Shown one piece after another: positions 28,263-42,160 of a DNA stretch of 42,383 bases. The translations under genes were made by a program, and so were the position numbers. Source of the DNA: Basidiobolus ranarum (Eukaryota). The stretch covers positions 1-42,383 of the forward strand of contig JASJQH010006910.1 of the NCBI GenBank assembly GCA_040143965.1, read 5' to 3'. A model generated the notes under the pieces. That model ran no database searches. It had not been told where the DNA came from and saw nothing but the letters and a program-made list of their open reading frames with translations. Position 1 is the first letter of the stretch; every line of letters starts with the position of its first letter.

Positions 28263-28683
28263 GCAGATTCAGTATATGACAGTTTCGGAATAATAGTATA
28301 TTCAGAATAGCAGTATATAGTAGATTCGGAAGAATATGCTTCGGATTGCTCAAACTTGTACATAAAAGTATAACAATAAATTTGGCATCGCACGTGATTC
28401 CTAAATTATTTTTGTTATACACATCATTCCCTGTAGCGTATATTAAATAAAATGAGTGGAATATGACGACGCTCCTTATGCTGTGACTAGCTAAACTAAA
28501 ATGGTTGGATTGTTGTGACGTCGTCAATTAAATATAGACAAATTCATCATCCATGACTTCATGTACTACAATAAGCTAATATAACAGTTACGATTCTCTC
28601 TTTTTGATTAACAAACTCTCACCTTTATAATTATTTCTCCTTGCATTACTGAGCTTTAGAGTCAGGTATACCATCCTAGAACT

Positions 28684-29439
28684 ATGTCAACAGTACGCAA
28701 TAGACAAAAGACTTCCGAACCAAATGGCACGTCCTCCGCCGGTGCTGCTGTAGAATACTTAAATAATCACTTTAATCTGGTTCGCGAATTTCACCTAGCA
28801 GACTTCTTAACTTTATCAAACGGTGTATGCGGTACCGGCTCTATATTCGCATCTATGTCATATCTTGCGGACCGTGATATCTCTTTTCTGTGGGTTGCAT
28901 TACTGTTAATTCCATTAGGAACTTTCTTCGACGTCATGGATGGTAGAGTAGCTAGATGGCGCAAAAAGTCTTCACTATTGGGACAAGAGTTAGATTCCTT
29001 AGCTGACCTGGTATGAAGTATTGGATACATCTTGCAATATTACTTTCTTCTCTAACTTTGTCCTTTTTAGATATCGTTTGGTGTTGCACCTGCTGTACTA
29101 GGATTTACCTTAGGATTGCGTTCCATGCCCGATATTTTAGTTCTTCTTTATTTTGTATCTTGTGGCATTGCTCGTTTAGCTCGCTATAATGCTACAGTTG
29201 CCTCTCTCCCAAAAGATGAAACTGGTAAAGTGAAATACTTCGAAGGAACTCCAATTCCTACCTCCCTTGTAATTACTGGGTATCTGGGCTATCTCATATA
29301 CTTGGGCGATTTTGAAACTTCTCTACCAGGTGGGGTAGTTGGCATTGGAAAATTTTTAGTTCTCCATCCACTAGTATTAAGCTATGCATTGAGCGGAACG
29401 CTGATGATTTCTCAGTCGGTGAAGATCCCTAAACTTTGA
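28684..29439 (+). CDS. CHO1: CDP-diacylglycerol--serine O-phosphatidyltransferase (phosphatidylserine synthase); exons 28684-29010 and 29071-29439
   Basis: CDP-alcohol phosphotransferase motif DVMDGRVARWRKKSSLLGQELDSLADL|ISFGVAP joined across a GTATGA...CTAAC...TAG intron. Also RLARYN, YFEGTPIP and the C-terminal IPKL typical of fungal Cho1. Confidence 0.93.
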
Positions 29440-29802
29440 TCTCTTTGGCTATTTATTTCACAGCATCTCTATATAAATGTGTACATAATTTGTACTTGGA
29501 TTGTCACATCTCTAGATTTTGGAATTTCTAGTCATCAATCTATAAAATCTCAATGCTGGTTTTTTAAAAATCTAATTTAATCTTAGCATATAGAGCAAAT
29601 ATCAATTTGTTTTTAGAAATCTTGCTGAGTTTCTTTGTGCCATTAAGACAATCTTGAGATTGGCCCAAACTTGGGAATGAAAAAATCGTAGAAGTGACTG
29701 TCAAGTTATTTGATTCCAGATCAACCGGTTATTATTGCATTAAAATTATTTAATATCAGAAGAAACCAAATAATATTGCAACCTTTGCAAAGAAAACTCT
29801 TT

Positions 29803-32800
29803 ATGAGCAGTGAAGCAGCAATTACTACCACCGTACTGTTCGTCGGTGACGCCAAGAAAGGCTTGATATGGGACTCCAACCTACCAAGACCCAGAAAGAG
29901 TAACTTTAGTATAGAGTGAGTAAAGTCATATAATCGCTCTAATTTAGACCTTTATTGACTCGAATATCCTTTCGACAGGCCTTTAGTAACTATATCCAAT
30001 TCCCGAATGCCTACTGAGAAAGTTCCTTCTTCGAAAACAATTCGTTTCAGTGACATAAGCTTTTGTAAACGGATTGGCGGATCTACACAACAAAACTGGT
30101 CGGAAGCGGCATTAGCTACCGTAGATCATCTAGGGAATCTGTTCATTTTTGACTTTGATTCGAATCAGTTAGTTTTCAATTATGTACATTTTACATTAAA
30201 CTTCGTAGAATGCGCGCACTAAGTCTCATAACTTCATATAGATTCTGGCTATTGGCACGCGTAGGTATTGCTGGCACTGCTATTAGCATTCATGGTTCAG
30301 ATAAAACGCGTGAATTAATTATCGGCTTTTCTAACACATCAGTTGGATGCTACGATATTGGTAATATTGATTTTCTGAAAATTTCTTGGATATATTTTAG
30401 AATAGAGATATCAATTCATTTCGAAACGAACTTAGATACTAGAAAGCCGATTGCAAAAATCTTACAAGCCCACAAATTCCCGGTTCATCACATCTCAATA
30501 GATCCATCTAGCTCACTAGTACTACTCACCACATATAGTGATGCGACTCTTTGGGATCGGAAGAATTGGGTACGAAAACGGGTGCTTGCCACAAACTCTA
30601 ATGGAATTCATAAGGTAGTACATTGTTTGATGATTCTTCAGAGCAATATCACCCACATAAATTTCAATACAGGCGAGCTTTTCGACCACCGGAAAGTACA
30701 TCTTTTCCATCTTCAAAAATGGAGCACTCACACTCTGGGATAGCCACAGCTTTGAGTGTATCTGGGAATACAATGAAGCGATTGTTGAAGGCCAAACGAA
30801 CTGCTTTGGCAACTTGACGTTTGATCGAGAAGATGTACTATTTGCTTACGGAACAAAGTATGAAATATTCAATTCACTCAAGTTACCATTGACTGTTGCT
30901 TATGATTCTTTGTCAACCGCAGCAAGATAACAGTTATGAGCATGGAATCACATATATTGCTTGGACAATGTGATCACGAGAGCCTCGAATGTGGAATCGT
31001 CGACATGAAATTCGTCGGGGGGAGTAAGGTATTCTGATCACCGAACTTGATATGGCTAAGATTTCGTGACTGATTCCTTGTTAGATTCTGCTAGTCTTGA
31101 CTGTCAAAGGGATTATGTTTGCTTTAAATATCGAAAACCTCGGTGAAATCCAGCAACTAGACATAGATTTGAAGGTGACATTTGATATTCTATCTGGCCA
31201 TTAGTAGTAAGTGCTAAACGTCTTCAGATTGCCTCATTTGAGATCTCCCATGATGGAAGTTATTTAGCTACTACGTGCGTGCTTCAAAACTCAGTGGTGC
31301 TGATTTGGGCGTTGTCGAGCTTTTTGGGAAAGGTGATGTCTTGTAAAAGTTTACTTGGAAATTCTTCACTATAAGCTCATAATTATTCTCACAGGAATTT
31401 GAAAGAGACATTCCTGCTTTGACCGAGTATCTTGACAAACTAGAGGATGAAAATAGCCCCGAGCTCGAGGGTAACATATCGTATTATTGATTTCTCTAAA
31501 TTTCTCCAATTGATCACTAGATTATTATTCAGAAACCTGGGACGACTACAATCCTTCTATAAGAACGAAAAGGCGTGCAGGTAGATGAATCCGGAAAGCG
31601 CTCCGTAGTGTTATTGAATAACTTACATTATTGCAGAAATCCCACTCAATTCGAACGCCTTTTCCAAACCTACTAAGCTTTCGAAATCATCTGAATCTGA
31701 CTTCGAGAAGGAAGCTCTCAGTAATGGTAGCAACCAAAGTTTGTTTTTTTATGCTACTGGAATTATACGTCATGAAAACTAATGTCACCATTATGAAAAT
31801 ATAGACATTCGAAGCAATTATGAAGATATTTCCCAAAAATCAAGTTTGTGAACTCTATGGCTAACACTCCATAAGTAACAATTGATAACTAAATGATTGA
31901 TTTAGGTAGGATTAATGGGAGCAAACAATCCTCTACAAGCTCCGAACATCTTACTTCTATCCATATCTCCTCAATATCATCTTCAAAGCCATCTCAAAAC
32001 TCGGTTAACAGTTCACAATTCTCATCAGTATTGGTAAGCAGCAGAGCTATACCTGCGCCCTTGCGTGTCTTTATTCAAAATTGCTTCCTTTTACAGAAAA
32101 CGTCTTATCTTAGTAAAGAAATACTATGGAAATATCTACACAAGCAAAAAGGATATCCGTCTAGTGAAAGGTAAATCTCTATAGTATCTCTTGATAGAAT
32201 GAGAGAATCCTTGATTTTAACATGCAGTTGCTCGTAGATTAGCTATTTGGAAGCAGCTTTTGGAAATTCCAGTTGATCGAGAAGCATTCGAGAATTTAGA
32301 CATTAAAGGTGAACATCCAGTCATTGAGAAATTCCGTGGTCTGTTCACTTTGAAAGATAGAGAGCTGGGACGATTAATGGAAAGGTACTCACTAGATTCT
32401 GGCAATACAAAAGAGAATACCAAACTAACTTGCGCACTTCAATTCATTAGAACCATCTCCTGTTTAGCGTATTGGTCACCAGATGTATTGGGTGATATCA
32501 AGCATACGGAAACTTTGACAAAGATGATCTTTCCGTTTGTTATATTATTCAATGCGCACACTTGTGAGACGTTTGAGATGCTAGCAACAATCCTTTGTGA
32601 GTGAACCCTTTTAATACTTAATTTTTCTACTATAAAATACTAAACTGCTACCTTCCAGTGAATTGGACCCAAGGCTTCTGGACTGATGATGAGCCACCGC
32701 AGCTCCCTCTTACTCTGGTTGACAATTTATTACAAGTACAAGACCCAGCGCTATCTGATCACCTCCTACGAAATAAGTTGTCCCCCAAGGTAAATTGATA

Positions 32801-33335
32801 CACATTTTTACCCGGAACTTAACCATTGGATTTACGCTATTTATAGGTTTATAGCTGGACAATGTTTGAATCCCTATTCTCGGAGACCTTCAGTTCTTTC
32901 AGATGGGCTCGAGTATGGGATCATTTGATAACCCAGGAACCCGGGTATCTATACACCCTGATGAATTCTATTCTAATAAGCGAGCGAGAAGTGTTAATGA
33001 AACTAAACGAGAACGAGCTTCTGGTAAATTCCCTAGTGTATTTTGTACAATAGTAGTGGCTGATTCTTATGAATTAATCCAAATATTACTAGACATATTT
33101 GAAGAATTTAAAACCGTCGAATCTGACCGCAGTCTTAGATACCACCGTACAGTTGAGTATGGAAATACCAAACTTGGCCTCAGTTAAACACCTAAAGCGA
33201 TGCCTTTCCTCGTTTAAGGTCCTTCAGGTTCGTCATGGTGAGTATTCGCCGTTAGACACTCACAAGAACTCTCAGAGAATGAGAAAGCAATTATTCAAAT
33301 ACCTTAGAGATATCCAAGTAACATCAGATGTATAA
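29803..33335 (+). CDS. TBC1D31: TBC1 domain family member 31 (WDR67)-like protein: N-terminal WD40 repeats plus Rab-GAP TBC domain; roughly 17-18 short introns
   Basis: Spliced translation (GLIW...IRFSDISF...DHLGNLFIFDFDSNQFWLL...AHKFPVHHISI...DATLWDRKNWVRKRVL; GYPSSERLAIWKQLLEIP...KGEHP...RTISCLAYWS...FPFVILF...FEMLATILLNWTQGFW; FSETFS...WARVWDHLIT) is colinear with animal TBC1D31 as I recall it. First intron 29916-29978 is phase-compatible; middle exons not all verified. Confidence 0.8.
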
Positions 33336-33572
33336 AAAGTCACTTATAATGCACAACTTTGCTAACACACACAATATAATAATCTATATTACCCACCCAT
33401 GGCTGAGAAAGCAACGAGTATTTCAGAAGAGAAGAATGCCAAATGTTGAGTAAAACGAACTTTTAATCGAACTTTAAATTGATATTCTACACTGTATCAA
33501 TTGGGGTATTAGGTTATAATGTAAATATGTATGATTTCTAAATAAATTTACATTCACAAAGGTGAAGGTTGT

Positions 33573-34910
33573 TTAAAATAACATGTTCAGGATGAAAACC
33601 ATAGCGACAACCATGGTAACGAATCCCACCAAGTATTGAAGAGCAAGGATACCGGCAATTTCCTTGGCTTTACCGGTGGGATTGTAAAATTGAGTCAACA
33701 ATAAAAGAGTAGTAGCGGAGGGAACACATGCTCCGAACATAAGAAGAAAGCGGAATACACGATCTTCGGGGTCGATCAAATTGGCACGGAATGTAAGAAG
33801 GTCAACATATCCGATACCAATCAATGGGAAAATCACCATCTTGAAGATGGTAATGGCAATTGCGGCAACCTTGGGGACACGACGGAAACTAATCTTGGAT
33901 AACGCAGCGCCGAGATTTAAGAATGCAAGAGGCAGATAAGCACCAGAGATGGTGATAATACTCTCCAAAACCCAATTCAGACAAGGTTCATGATCGCTTC
34001 CAGGCTTAACTACGAAGAGATTCTTCAACGGGCTTACCAGAGCGATCACAATGGCAATGAAGGTAGCAACATTGGGAGGAATCATGAGATTTTTAAGGAA
34101 CTTCTTCATGTTTATCTTCCACTTGGGGGGCGTGATAATTGATTTTCTAGATTCGATCTTTGAGGGATCTACTATGGTGACACTAGAGTCGTTAGGGAGA
34201 GTATTGATGCTATTGGGAAAACGATTGGCCAAGTGAATGGACTCAGTGAGTTGAGTATCTGGAGTTTTGGGAAATGACTCATCTTTCTGAGGCAACTCAG
34301 TGATTGGTTGTATCTCTGGAAGAGTTTCTGGTTTGATGAAATCCTTTTCAATGAGAGTGGAGCCACCACAGACGAAGAGAGTCAAATTGAAAACTACATA
34401 AAACATGGCAGTATAGGCGGAGCCCTTAGCGGATTCTCCGGGGAGGAATGGAGGACTGTTACCAATGGACTCCAATACGGCAAGTGGAAGATCAGCGAAG
34501 TTACCCCATACACTCATGGCGACAAATCCACCCTTGAATCCATCTGGTAGATTGATGAAGCGTCTCATCAGAAACCCACCGCCCAAGCCAAGAAGAATAT
34601 AAGTCACCAGGACTAGGACGGAAAGGCCCATATTCTTAATCTCAGCGATGTCGAGGTGAGGGACTAGCTTGGCAATCAACAGAGATGGTAGCAGACAGTT
34701 GACGATGATCTTTGATATAATCTTGGCACTGGCCGGCGTAATGATTCCTGCTCTGGCTAAGGCGAAACCACCAGCTAGAAATGAATTCAATGGTTAGAGG
34801 CGAGCAGATAGAAAAAGAAGGACTGTATATTAATAATTACCAGCATTGATCAAGAGCTTAAGGATTGGCTTAAGAGCCATCCATATCACATCTTTAGTAG
34901 GTAGAGACAT
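33573..34910 (-). CDS. Auxin efflux carrier (AEC/PILS, Mem_trans) family membrane transporter; exons 34910-34841 and 34774-33573
   Basis: N-terminal ALKPILKLLINAAGGF, LLPSLLIAKL, WGNFADLPLA, PPNVATFIA, LPLAFLNLGAAL, CVPSAT; two hydrophobic bundles around a hydrophilic loop; GTAATT...CTAG intron 34775-34840. Confidence 0.88.
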
Positions 34911-35425
34911 AGCGAACTAGTAAAAGCCGAATGGTAGTGAGTAATGGTCTCTACGCGGTATCTCTTTTATACTGCAACACCTCAAGATTAGATTGTTCGA
35001 TACAAATCAATCATCTGTCTAGATTTCAGCATCATCAAAGTGGGATTTCTGGACTTACCGAATTGAGCTAGTATCAGACTACGCTTTGCTGGTTTTAAAG
35101 TTCTTGCAGGAATATTTTTCTATCGGTTAGCTAAGGTTTAGGTGTTTTTGGTGTTCTGCGTGTTATGCATTCAATAAACTGTAAATAGAAGCTGTTGGTG
35201 CTGTAAATAGAATTCTATTCTAGGGTTTAATGAATTTTAGAATTCGTACATCACTTATCATTTGCTCAGATTGGAGAGAACAACCCCCGAATCAGGCTGC
35301 TAATCAGACTGGATGTAAATAGAATCTACTATCAGTTGAAATATATATATTCGTTACCTCACCACACCGCATATAGCAGTTGCTATCAGTATGCTACAGT
35401 ATTTGGGCCATGGTTAGAACAATAT

Positions 35426-35458
35426 CACCTCACCTCACCTCACCTTACCTCACCTCAC
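35426..35458 (+). repeat. Pentamer microsatellite (CACCT)n
   Basis: cacctcacctcacctcaccttacctcacctcac. Confidence 0.75.
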
Positions 35459-35981
35459 AACAATTAGGTAGTGTTTGGTCTAGAGGGTTAGGGCAATTTA
35501 GGGTTGGACTTATCAGGCAGATTGGAAGCAAATGCTTCGATTGCCATATATGTTGTATCCCATATATTTCTGGTTTAATTATTGCGTTTTCTTATGATCA
35601 AAGCCCCAAAACTCCAACCATCCGAAGTCATACGAAATGCACGTAAGAACGTGATTATGTTTGTCGAACAGCAAGCAAAATCCGAGGTTCGGCACTTAAG
35701 TCGGTTAAACTCTGGATTAAATCTATTAATTATGAGGTGTTTTGTGAGGTTAAAGCATAATGAAACCTACTGAAGGGTAAAAGAGCGGCAAAATCATGGA
35801 TATTTATAGTAACTGACATGCATGGATTGTATATTGCTCAATGGCCTGTCACTTTCCCTTCCCATACCATTGGATAGCAACACAGTACAGCAATCAATAT
35901 GCTTTTGTTCGTCATATTTTGCTAGATAACCCTCCGGTATATAAGGCTCAGCTAAAGTCTACTGAACGCTGTATCTTTAAG

Positions 35982-37094
35982 ATGTTCAGTCAGGGGATCT
36001 TTCAAATCGAGCTTATGCAGGATCATTTCATCACAGGCCCTGACGACGATGATAGCTCCATCTTCTTGATCAAAGGTAACCTCATATTTGTCCCAACATA
36101 TCCTGTGAAGATCCATCAGATCCATCTCCAGTTCCAGGGCAATTTGGTACTCCACAGAGGTAAGCAGTCCACTGGTTTTTTTCGACAGAAGGGCTTGCCC
36201 TAAATGTGTCTTTTTATTGGTTTAGGAATTCAAAAAACCACGAGAAATCTCGTCCATCATGAGTGGGAGTTTTTGAGTCAGAATAAAGATGCCCAACTCT
36301 TCACTCACCGAACATACTCATTTCCATTCGAACTTGCTCTTCCATCCAGTCTTCCGGAATCCCTCGAAGCAGAGAATGCGCAAATAGAATATGGCTTCAA
36401 GGCCGTCGCAGAGACACCTTTATTCCAGATGAATTTCAAGGCTGAAAAGTCACTGCATATCTCCAAAACCCCCAATCCTCTTATATCGGACTCCTTTAAT
36501 ACCAAATCTCAAGGAGTTTGGAAAGACGTTATTTCTTACGATGTATCTATCCCTGACCACCATTTGAACCCTGGAAAGGTCGTTCCGGTTCATATTCATC
36601 ACATCCCTCTCTATCGCAAAGTCCATGTCGTTGGGGTTGAGGTGATTCTTGGTGAGATTACACTGTATCGAGTGCCGGATCTCAATGACCCAAACAATAT
36701 TACTACGGTTGAAAGCCGGAAATCCGTTCATACTGTCTCCAACTACTTTAGCTGTGATGGAACTGAACAGCAGGTAATCCGAATTCGAATTCCAAATATC
36801 TCCAGAAGACTTCATTGTGACGCTTCTTCCGAGTATATTGAGGTATCCCATAGACTCTATGCCAAGATTGAACTTGAAGTGAACGGAATATACACTAGTA
36901 TGGTTACTTCTCTCCCTATTTTGATCGCAAGCGACCAAAATGTCAAATCCGACTCAGACTCCTCAGTAATAGAGCAGTTGCCGAACTATTTTGACATTAC
37001 CGCAGATCGTCCACCACAATATAGTCATCATATTGTATCTCACACTGAGGATTTGCCCCCAAGATACTCATCAAGATATTCATCCGTGGCATAG
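35982..37094 (+). CDS. Alpha-arrestin (arrestin-related trafficking adaptor); exons 35982-36159 and 36226-37094
   Basis: YSFPFELALPSSLPES, IEYGFKA and IEVSHRL arrestin-fold motifs; C-terminal LPNY, PPQY and PPRY (Rsp5/NEDD4 WW-binding) motifs; in-phase GTAAGC...TTAG intron; TATATAA at ~35938. Confidence 0.85.
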
Positions 37095-38401
37095 TGATTT
37101 CTCTATTATTACCGCACAACCCCTAATTCATCTTTGTAACCCCTAATCATCTTGTACAAATAGCCAATCAAGTAATCCCCTGTAAACTAATTAGATCATC
37201 TCATATTAAACAATATTCGGACATTCGTTTCTCCACATGCTTGTGTTCCATCACATCCCGATAATCCATATGAGGCATCTCCGTCAATTAACCAATCAAC
37301 ACCTCTCAATCTTTTCATTGATCGGTTGTTCTATTGTTGGCCAACTCACTCGGTATCTATATGCTATTATATAAAATAGGTAATGGGGCTATACTTACAA
37401 AATAGGGAATATACCCCAAATAGGGGAAGAACTCTCCGTGAGCAAAAGAATTCGATGGTTGGAATGATGATATTTGGATGATTTTTCCTGGGCCAAACAT
37501 TAGGGCCCAGAATTCAATGGATTTGTTTGAACAATCGATCGGTGTTCAGAACATATTGCTACTTTGGGTGCGCATGGCTTGAGTGGTTGTTCATATCTTC
37601 TCTATGATATACTGGCGATACGTAGGTGTAGGGGTGAGACTGAGGCTATGGCGAGGATACAGTATGCAGATATAAGATCAGGGCTAAAGGTGATGGAGGT
37701 GTGTTGGTTATGACTGGTAAATGGTAAAGTAATCTGTTGGCTGGGTGGTGATTTTTTATGGGATTAACTTAAGCTTAACCTTATTCTGCATCTCAAGAAC
37801 TAGTGACAGATAACAAAGAAGAAGGGGTTATCTAGACCAGATATCACGAAGATCCACAGTGAGGCAGGTGACAGTTAGTGATGTATTTGAGTAGCATAAG
37901 GTTAGTTAATAAAGATATCGCTCTAATTTAGCATTAATTTAGCACCCTGGGATATATAGATAAGATTAGAGAGGCTTAGTTTGAGTATTCTGACCTGTTT
38001 ACTCATGAGTTTGACAGCACTTGGTTAGTTCACAACTGATACCTAACCAAGCTTTAAACAAGAATTAAACAATCCACGAATGGTAGCTATCACCACATGG
38101 TTGATTGTATGCTAAGTGACGCATCAGAATATGTAATGTTTATTTACTCATTGGTCGTTCCTATTGGCGCATAATTTTGATTTGTTTTTGTTTTGACTTT
38201 TTGCTGAATTTTCGTGCGGTAACAGTTCAGTATAGACTTGTGTTGATTTATCAACATTTCAGGCTACCAACCCTTATTTCATCAACATTTCTCTTCCCCT
38301 TTAGGTTTTCTATTCACCTTTACTTCCTTCCCCTTCTGTTGTTACCACAGACAACGTTCTTGTCCTTCAAAGGAAACTTCCTTTTCATATTTCTTTGAAT
38401 C

Positions 38402-41400
38402 ATGTCTTCGGAGTCCAGTGAATCGGCAATCTTGGTTGCTGTGAGAGTCCGTCCTTTTAATGAACGAGAAATAGCACTACTTCCCCCGACTAACAATCAC
38501 CGGTTTCCGTTTGCTACTTCTTTTCAAGCCTCTAATGAACAAGGTCCCTCTAAATACGTCCGTAAAGTTGTTCACGTTATCGACGACCATGTGATTGTAT
38601 TTGACCCTCCTGATGATATGCGCCCTGCACACAAATTTGGCGCTAGTAATAAGCGAAATAAGGATGCAAGATTCGTATTTGATCGCGTTTTTGATGAAGA
38701 TTCAACACAAGAGGATGTATTTGAAGGAACTAGTAAATCCTTGATTGGGAATGTTTTAGGCGGTTTTAATACCACAGTTTTTGCTTATGGTGTGCGTATT
38801 CTATATTTATTGAACTTGTAAACCCTAAGTCAAATTTACTTATCCTCTTTCTTTCTACTTAGGCTACTGGATGTGGAAAAACTCATACTATCAGTGGTAC
38901 ACCAGAGAATCCTGGGATTATCTTCTTGACTATGCAGGAACTCTTTTGTAGAATTGATGCTGTAGAAAATGAAAAGACTATCGAAGTATCTTTGTCTTAT
39001 CTTGAAGTATATAATGAGACCATTCGAGACTTGCTCATACCTGAAGGTAAAGTTTCCGCTCCACTCGCCCTACGAGAGGATTCAAATAAAAAAGTCGTGG
39101 TCTCCGGATTGAGTGAACACTTCCCTCAAAATGTAAGTTCTATTTACTAAGAACCCATGACTAGTTTGATACTTAATTCATTTTGATATGCAATAGGTGG
39201 ATCACGTGATGGACATGATTCTTCGTGGTAATCGAAATCGTACAATTTCGCCAACCGAAGCCAACGCTACCTCTTCTCGTTCTCATGCAGTGTTGCAAAT
39301 CCACATTAAGCAAAGACCAAGAACTGCCAATATTACCACAGACTACGTTATGGCTACTTTAAGTTTGATTGATTTGGCTGGTAGTGAAAGAGCCTCAGTC
39401 ACGGCAAACAAGGGGGAGCGTCTCCAGGAGGGCGCCAACATCAACAGATCCTTATTGGGTAAGTTCATCGACATACATTACATATATATATATATATAAT
39501 GAGTATTAAACTGAATATCGCTTCGTTAGCACTTGGAAATTGTATCAACGCGCTCTGCGACGACACGAAAAAAGCTCATATCCCGTATCGTGATAGTAAA
39601 TTGACTCGTCTTTTGAAATTTTCATTGGGTGGAAATTGTAAAACTGTCATGATCGTTTGCGTTAGTCCATCCAGTCTTTACTACGACGAGACTCATAATA
39701 CCTTGAAGTACGCTAGTCGTGCCAAAAATATCAAGAATCGAGTGGAAAAGAATACATTAAGCGTAAACATGCATGTATCTCAATATGTCAAGATCATTAA
39801 AGATTTACGTACGGAGGTCGAAGAGCTCAAGAGGAAAGTCAAAGAGAAAGCCATCGAGCCTAAAGTTTCCACTGATGGTCCATCAAGTGGATTTAAGCTG
39901 GCTTTAGCTCAACGTAAGCAACTTGAGGAGGCTCAAAAGAAAATTGGTATACACTACGAAAAAGTCAATGAATGCGAGAGTGATATTGGTAACCTCTGGG
40001 CTCAGTTCATGGATACTCACCAACGTTTGGAGGGACTAAAGGCCTGGCGTGATGCCTATTTGTCTGTTACAGCCTCTGAAAGTGATTCTACTATGCAATC
40101 CTATCTCAATATGGTTCAAGATGCGCTTCAGATACTGGAAGAGACCAAAAATGCCATTGCACGCCGTTTAGATTATGCATGGGATACTAACAAACGCCAT
40201 CGTCATCTTATTGAAAGACTTATTCAGGGAGCCGCCCCCAAGATACCCTCTGACATTTCACGAGAAATTAGTTTGGTCAATGATATTCAAAACGTGAATA
40301 CTCGGAACTTGGAATCTTTGAGAACTCGACTTGAGAAACTGGTCATTCTAAACCAGTGTACTAGTCGTAGTCAATCTCATATCGTCCATTCTTTTATGAG
40401 GACAAATGCTACATGCTTGGCTGGACTGCGTGATTGTATTGAGTTGGTAAAAGCTCAAGGGATAGACAGCACTTACCTGAATGACATTTACATGGCTCAA
40501 ATCTCAGTTTTCGCTGAAATGGTCAAGAAGAAGGACATAGCCACTTCTTATGCCGCGGTGGAGGAGGAACTTAAGGAAATGTTGAGTATTCCTGAAGCTT
40601 CCAAAATTGACTCTGACAACTTATCGATGGATCTGAATGAACTGACCATAAAATCTACCAAACCAACTAGATTAATAAGATCTCCAATCAAATCCACAAC
40701 CAGAAAATCCCCACTTCGAGCAGTCTTAATGCGTCGTCTGTCTCCCAAACGCCGCTCCCCAGGGAGAACAACATTGGCAAAATCGAGAGTGAAAGTGACT
40801 AAGATTCCCAAAGAAAGTCCTCAACCCAAGCCAATTTCTCCGAAAATACAAAATATCAAAAGAGTTCGTGTCAACTCCACGACTAATAATGGTTCTGAGG
40901 TTGGTCCTGTCAAAAGAACACGTATGGTAACATTTACTGAGCGTGATGTCTCCTCTCCATTCAAAAAAGACTCTAAAGCCAACCTCAGCCACCTCGTCTC
41001 ATCAGGGGGTTCTGAGAAGGCATCCTCACCATATGTCAAGCCACCGGTCCTTCCCTCGGCCCTAAAGAAGAGCACTGGTATATTGAAATCTAGCCTGAAA
41101 TCCAAGAGCTCCATTTCAAGTACAAAATCTTCTCCTAGCACACCCCAGGACGGTTCCAATAGAAGTGCGGGTGCCATTAGGAGCAATAGTGCACGTAGAC
41201 GTAGTCGTGCCGGATATCATCCAATACACGATGGTGGAAGTAGTCAAAGAAGACGTAGCCGAGGAAATTCGGGTACACCTACAAATGGAATCCTGAAAAC
41301 ATCCACTGGGTCAACTAGAAAATTATTCGGATCAACTTCAGCTGGTACTGGGGGTGGTAGTAGCAATGGCAGTGGCAATGGCAATGGTACTATCAGAAGA

Positions 41401-41424
41401 AGTGGTAAACCTCAATGGCGCTAA
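38402..41424 (+). CDS. KIP3: Kinesin-8 family motor (Kip3/Klp5-6-like); exons 38402-38791, 38863-39132, 39197-39458, 39530-41424
   Basis: [15 protein letters not shown]-loop [64 protein letters not shown] and [23 protein letters not shown] are kinesin-8 typical. All three introns are GT-AG and in phase. Confidence 0.93.
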
Positions 41425-42160
41425 CTACTTTGGTAATCCGAATTTATCCCAGTTTCAATGTATTATTAGTCTATGGGGAAGAAATTACCCATCAATACTT
41501 CACATAATTTCACAGAATTCACTTTGCGTGTAAGGAACATTATTCATCCCTACAGCAGCTCAATCCTAATCCTTTTTCCGCTAAATATTTTCACATCTTT
41601 CCATTGGATTAACTACATTTGTAGCTCAATGACGTGTACGAGCAACTTTAGGATTCATCAGGTTGATTGATTTTGATTTTCCTCGCTATTGTTCTCATCT
41701 CACTTCACTTTGAACTATTTCATTACATTTTTTTGTAGATTATTGACCTTTCAGTAAACAACCTACTAAGTGTCTTCTTCACTCTCATGTCTTCCACTAC
41801 CGTTACTCACTCCATATTACCTATCGATATATATTAAGAATGATATAAAGTATATATATATATAACAACATATTCAAATGTATCTACTGAATTTCACGGG
41901 ATTGGAGGGATTATTCGACACGAATGTAAGGTCCAAGGTTTCTAAGAAATTCTATGGATAATGTGTTATTTTACCGGTTTAAAAAGGAGGGTTTATTTTT
42001 TCACTTTAGTGAAATATTTTTGGTAAATCGATGATTTTACGAGATTGTTCTTAGTAAATAACAATAACTTAAGAAAAAAGGTACTGATGATACTGAGAAA
42101 TGTATAGAATATTGGTGAATGATCATGAAGATGAACACTTCTATGGAGTCAAGAATTAGC

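Noticed and set aside
37100-38390. 1.3 kb gap between arrestin and kinesin as a possible ncRNA/tRNA locus
   Set aside because: No tRNA cloverleaf, A/B boxes, snoRNA boxes or convincing stem found by eye; an Infernal/Rfam scan would be needed.
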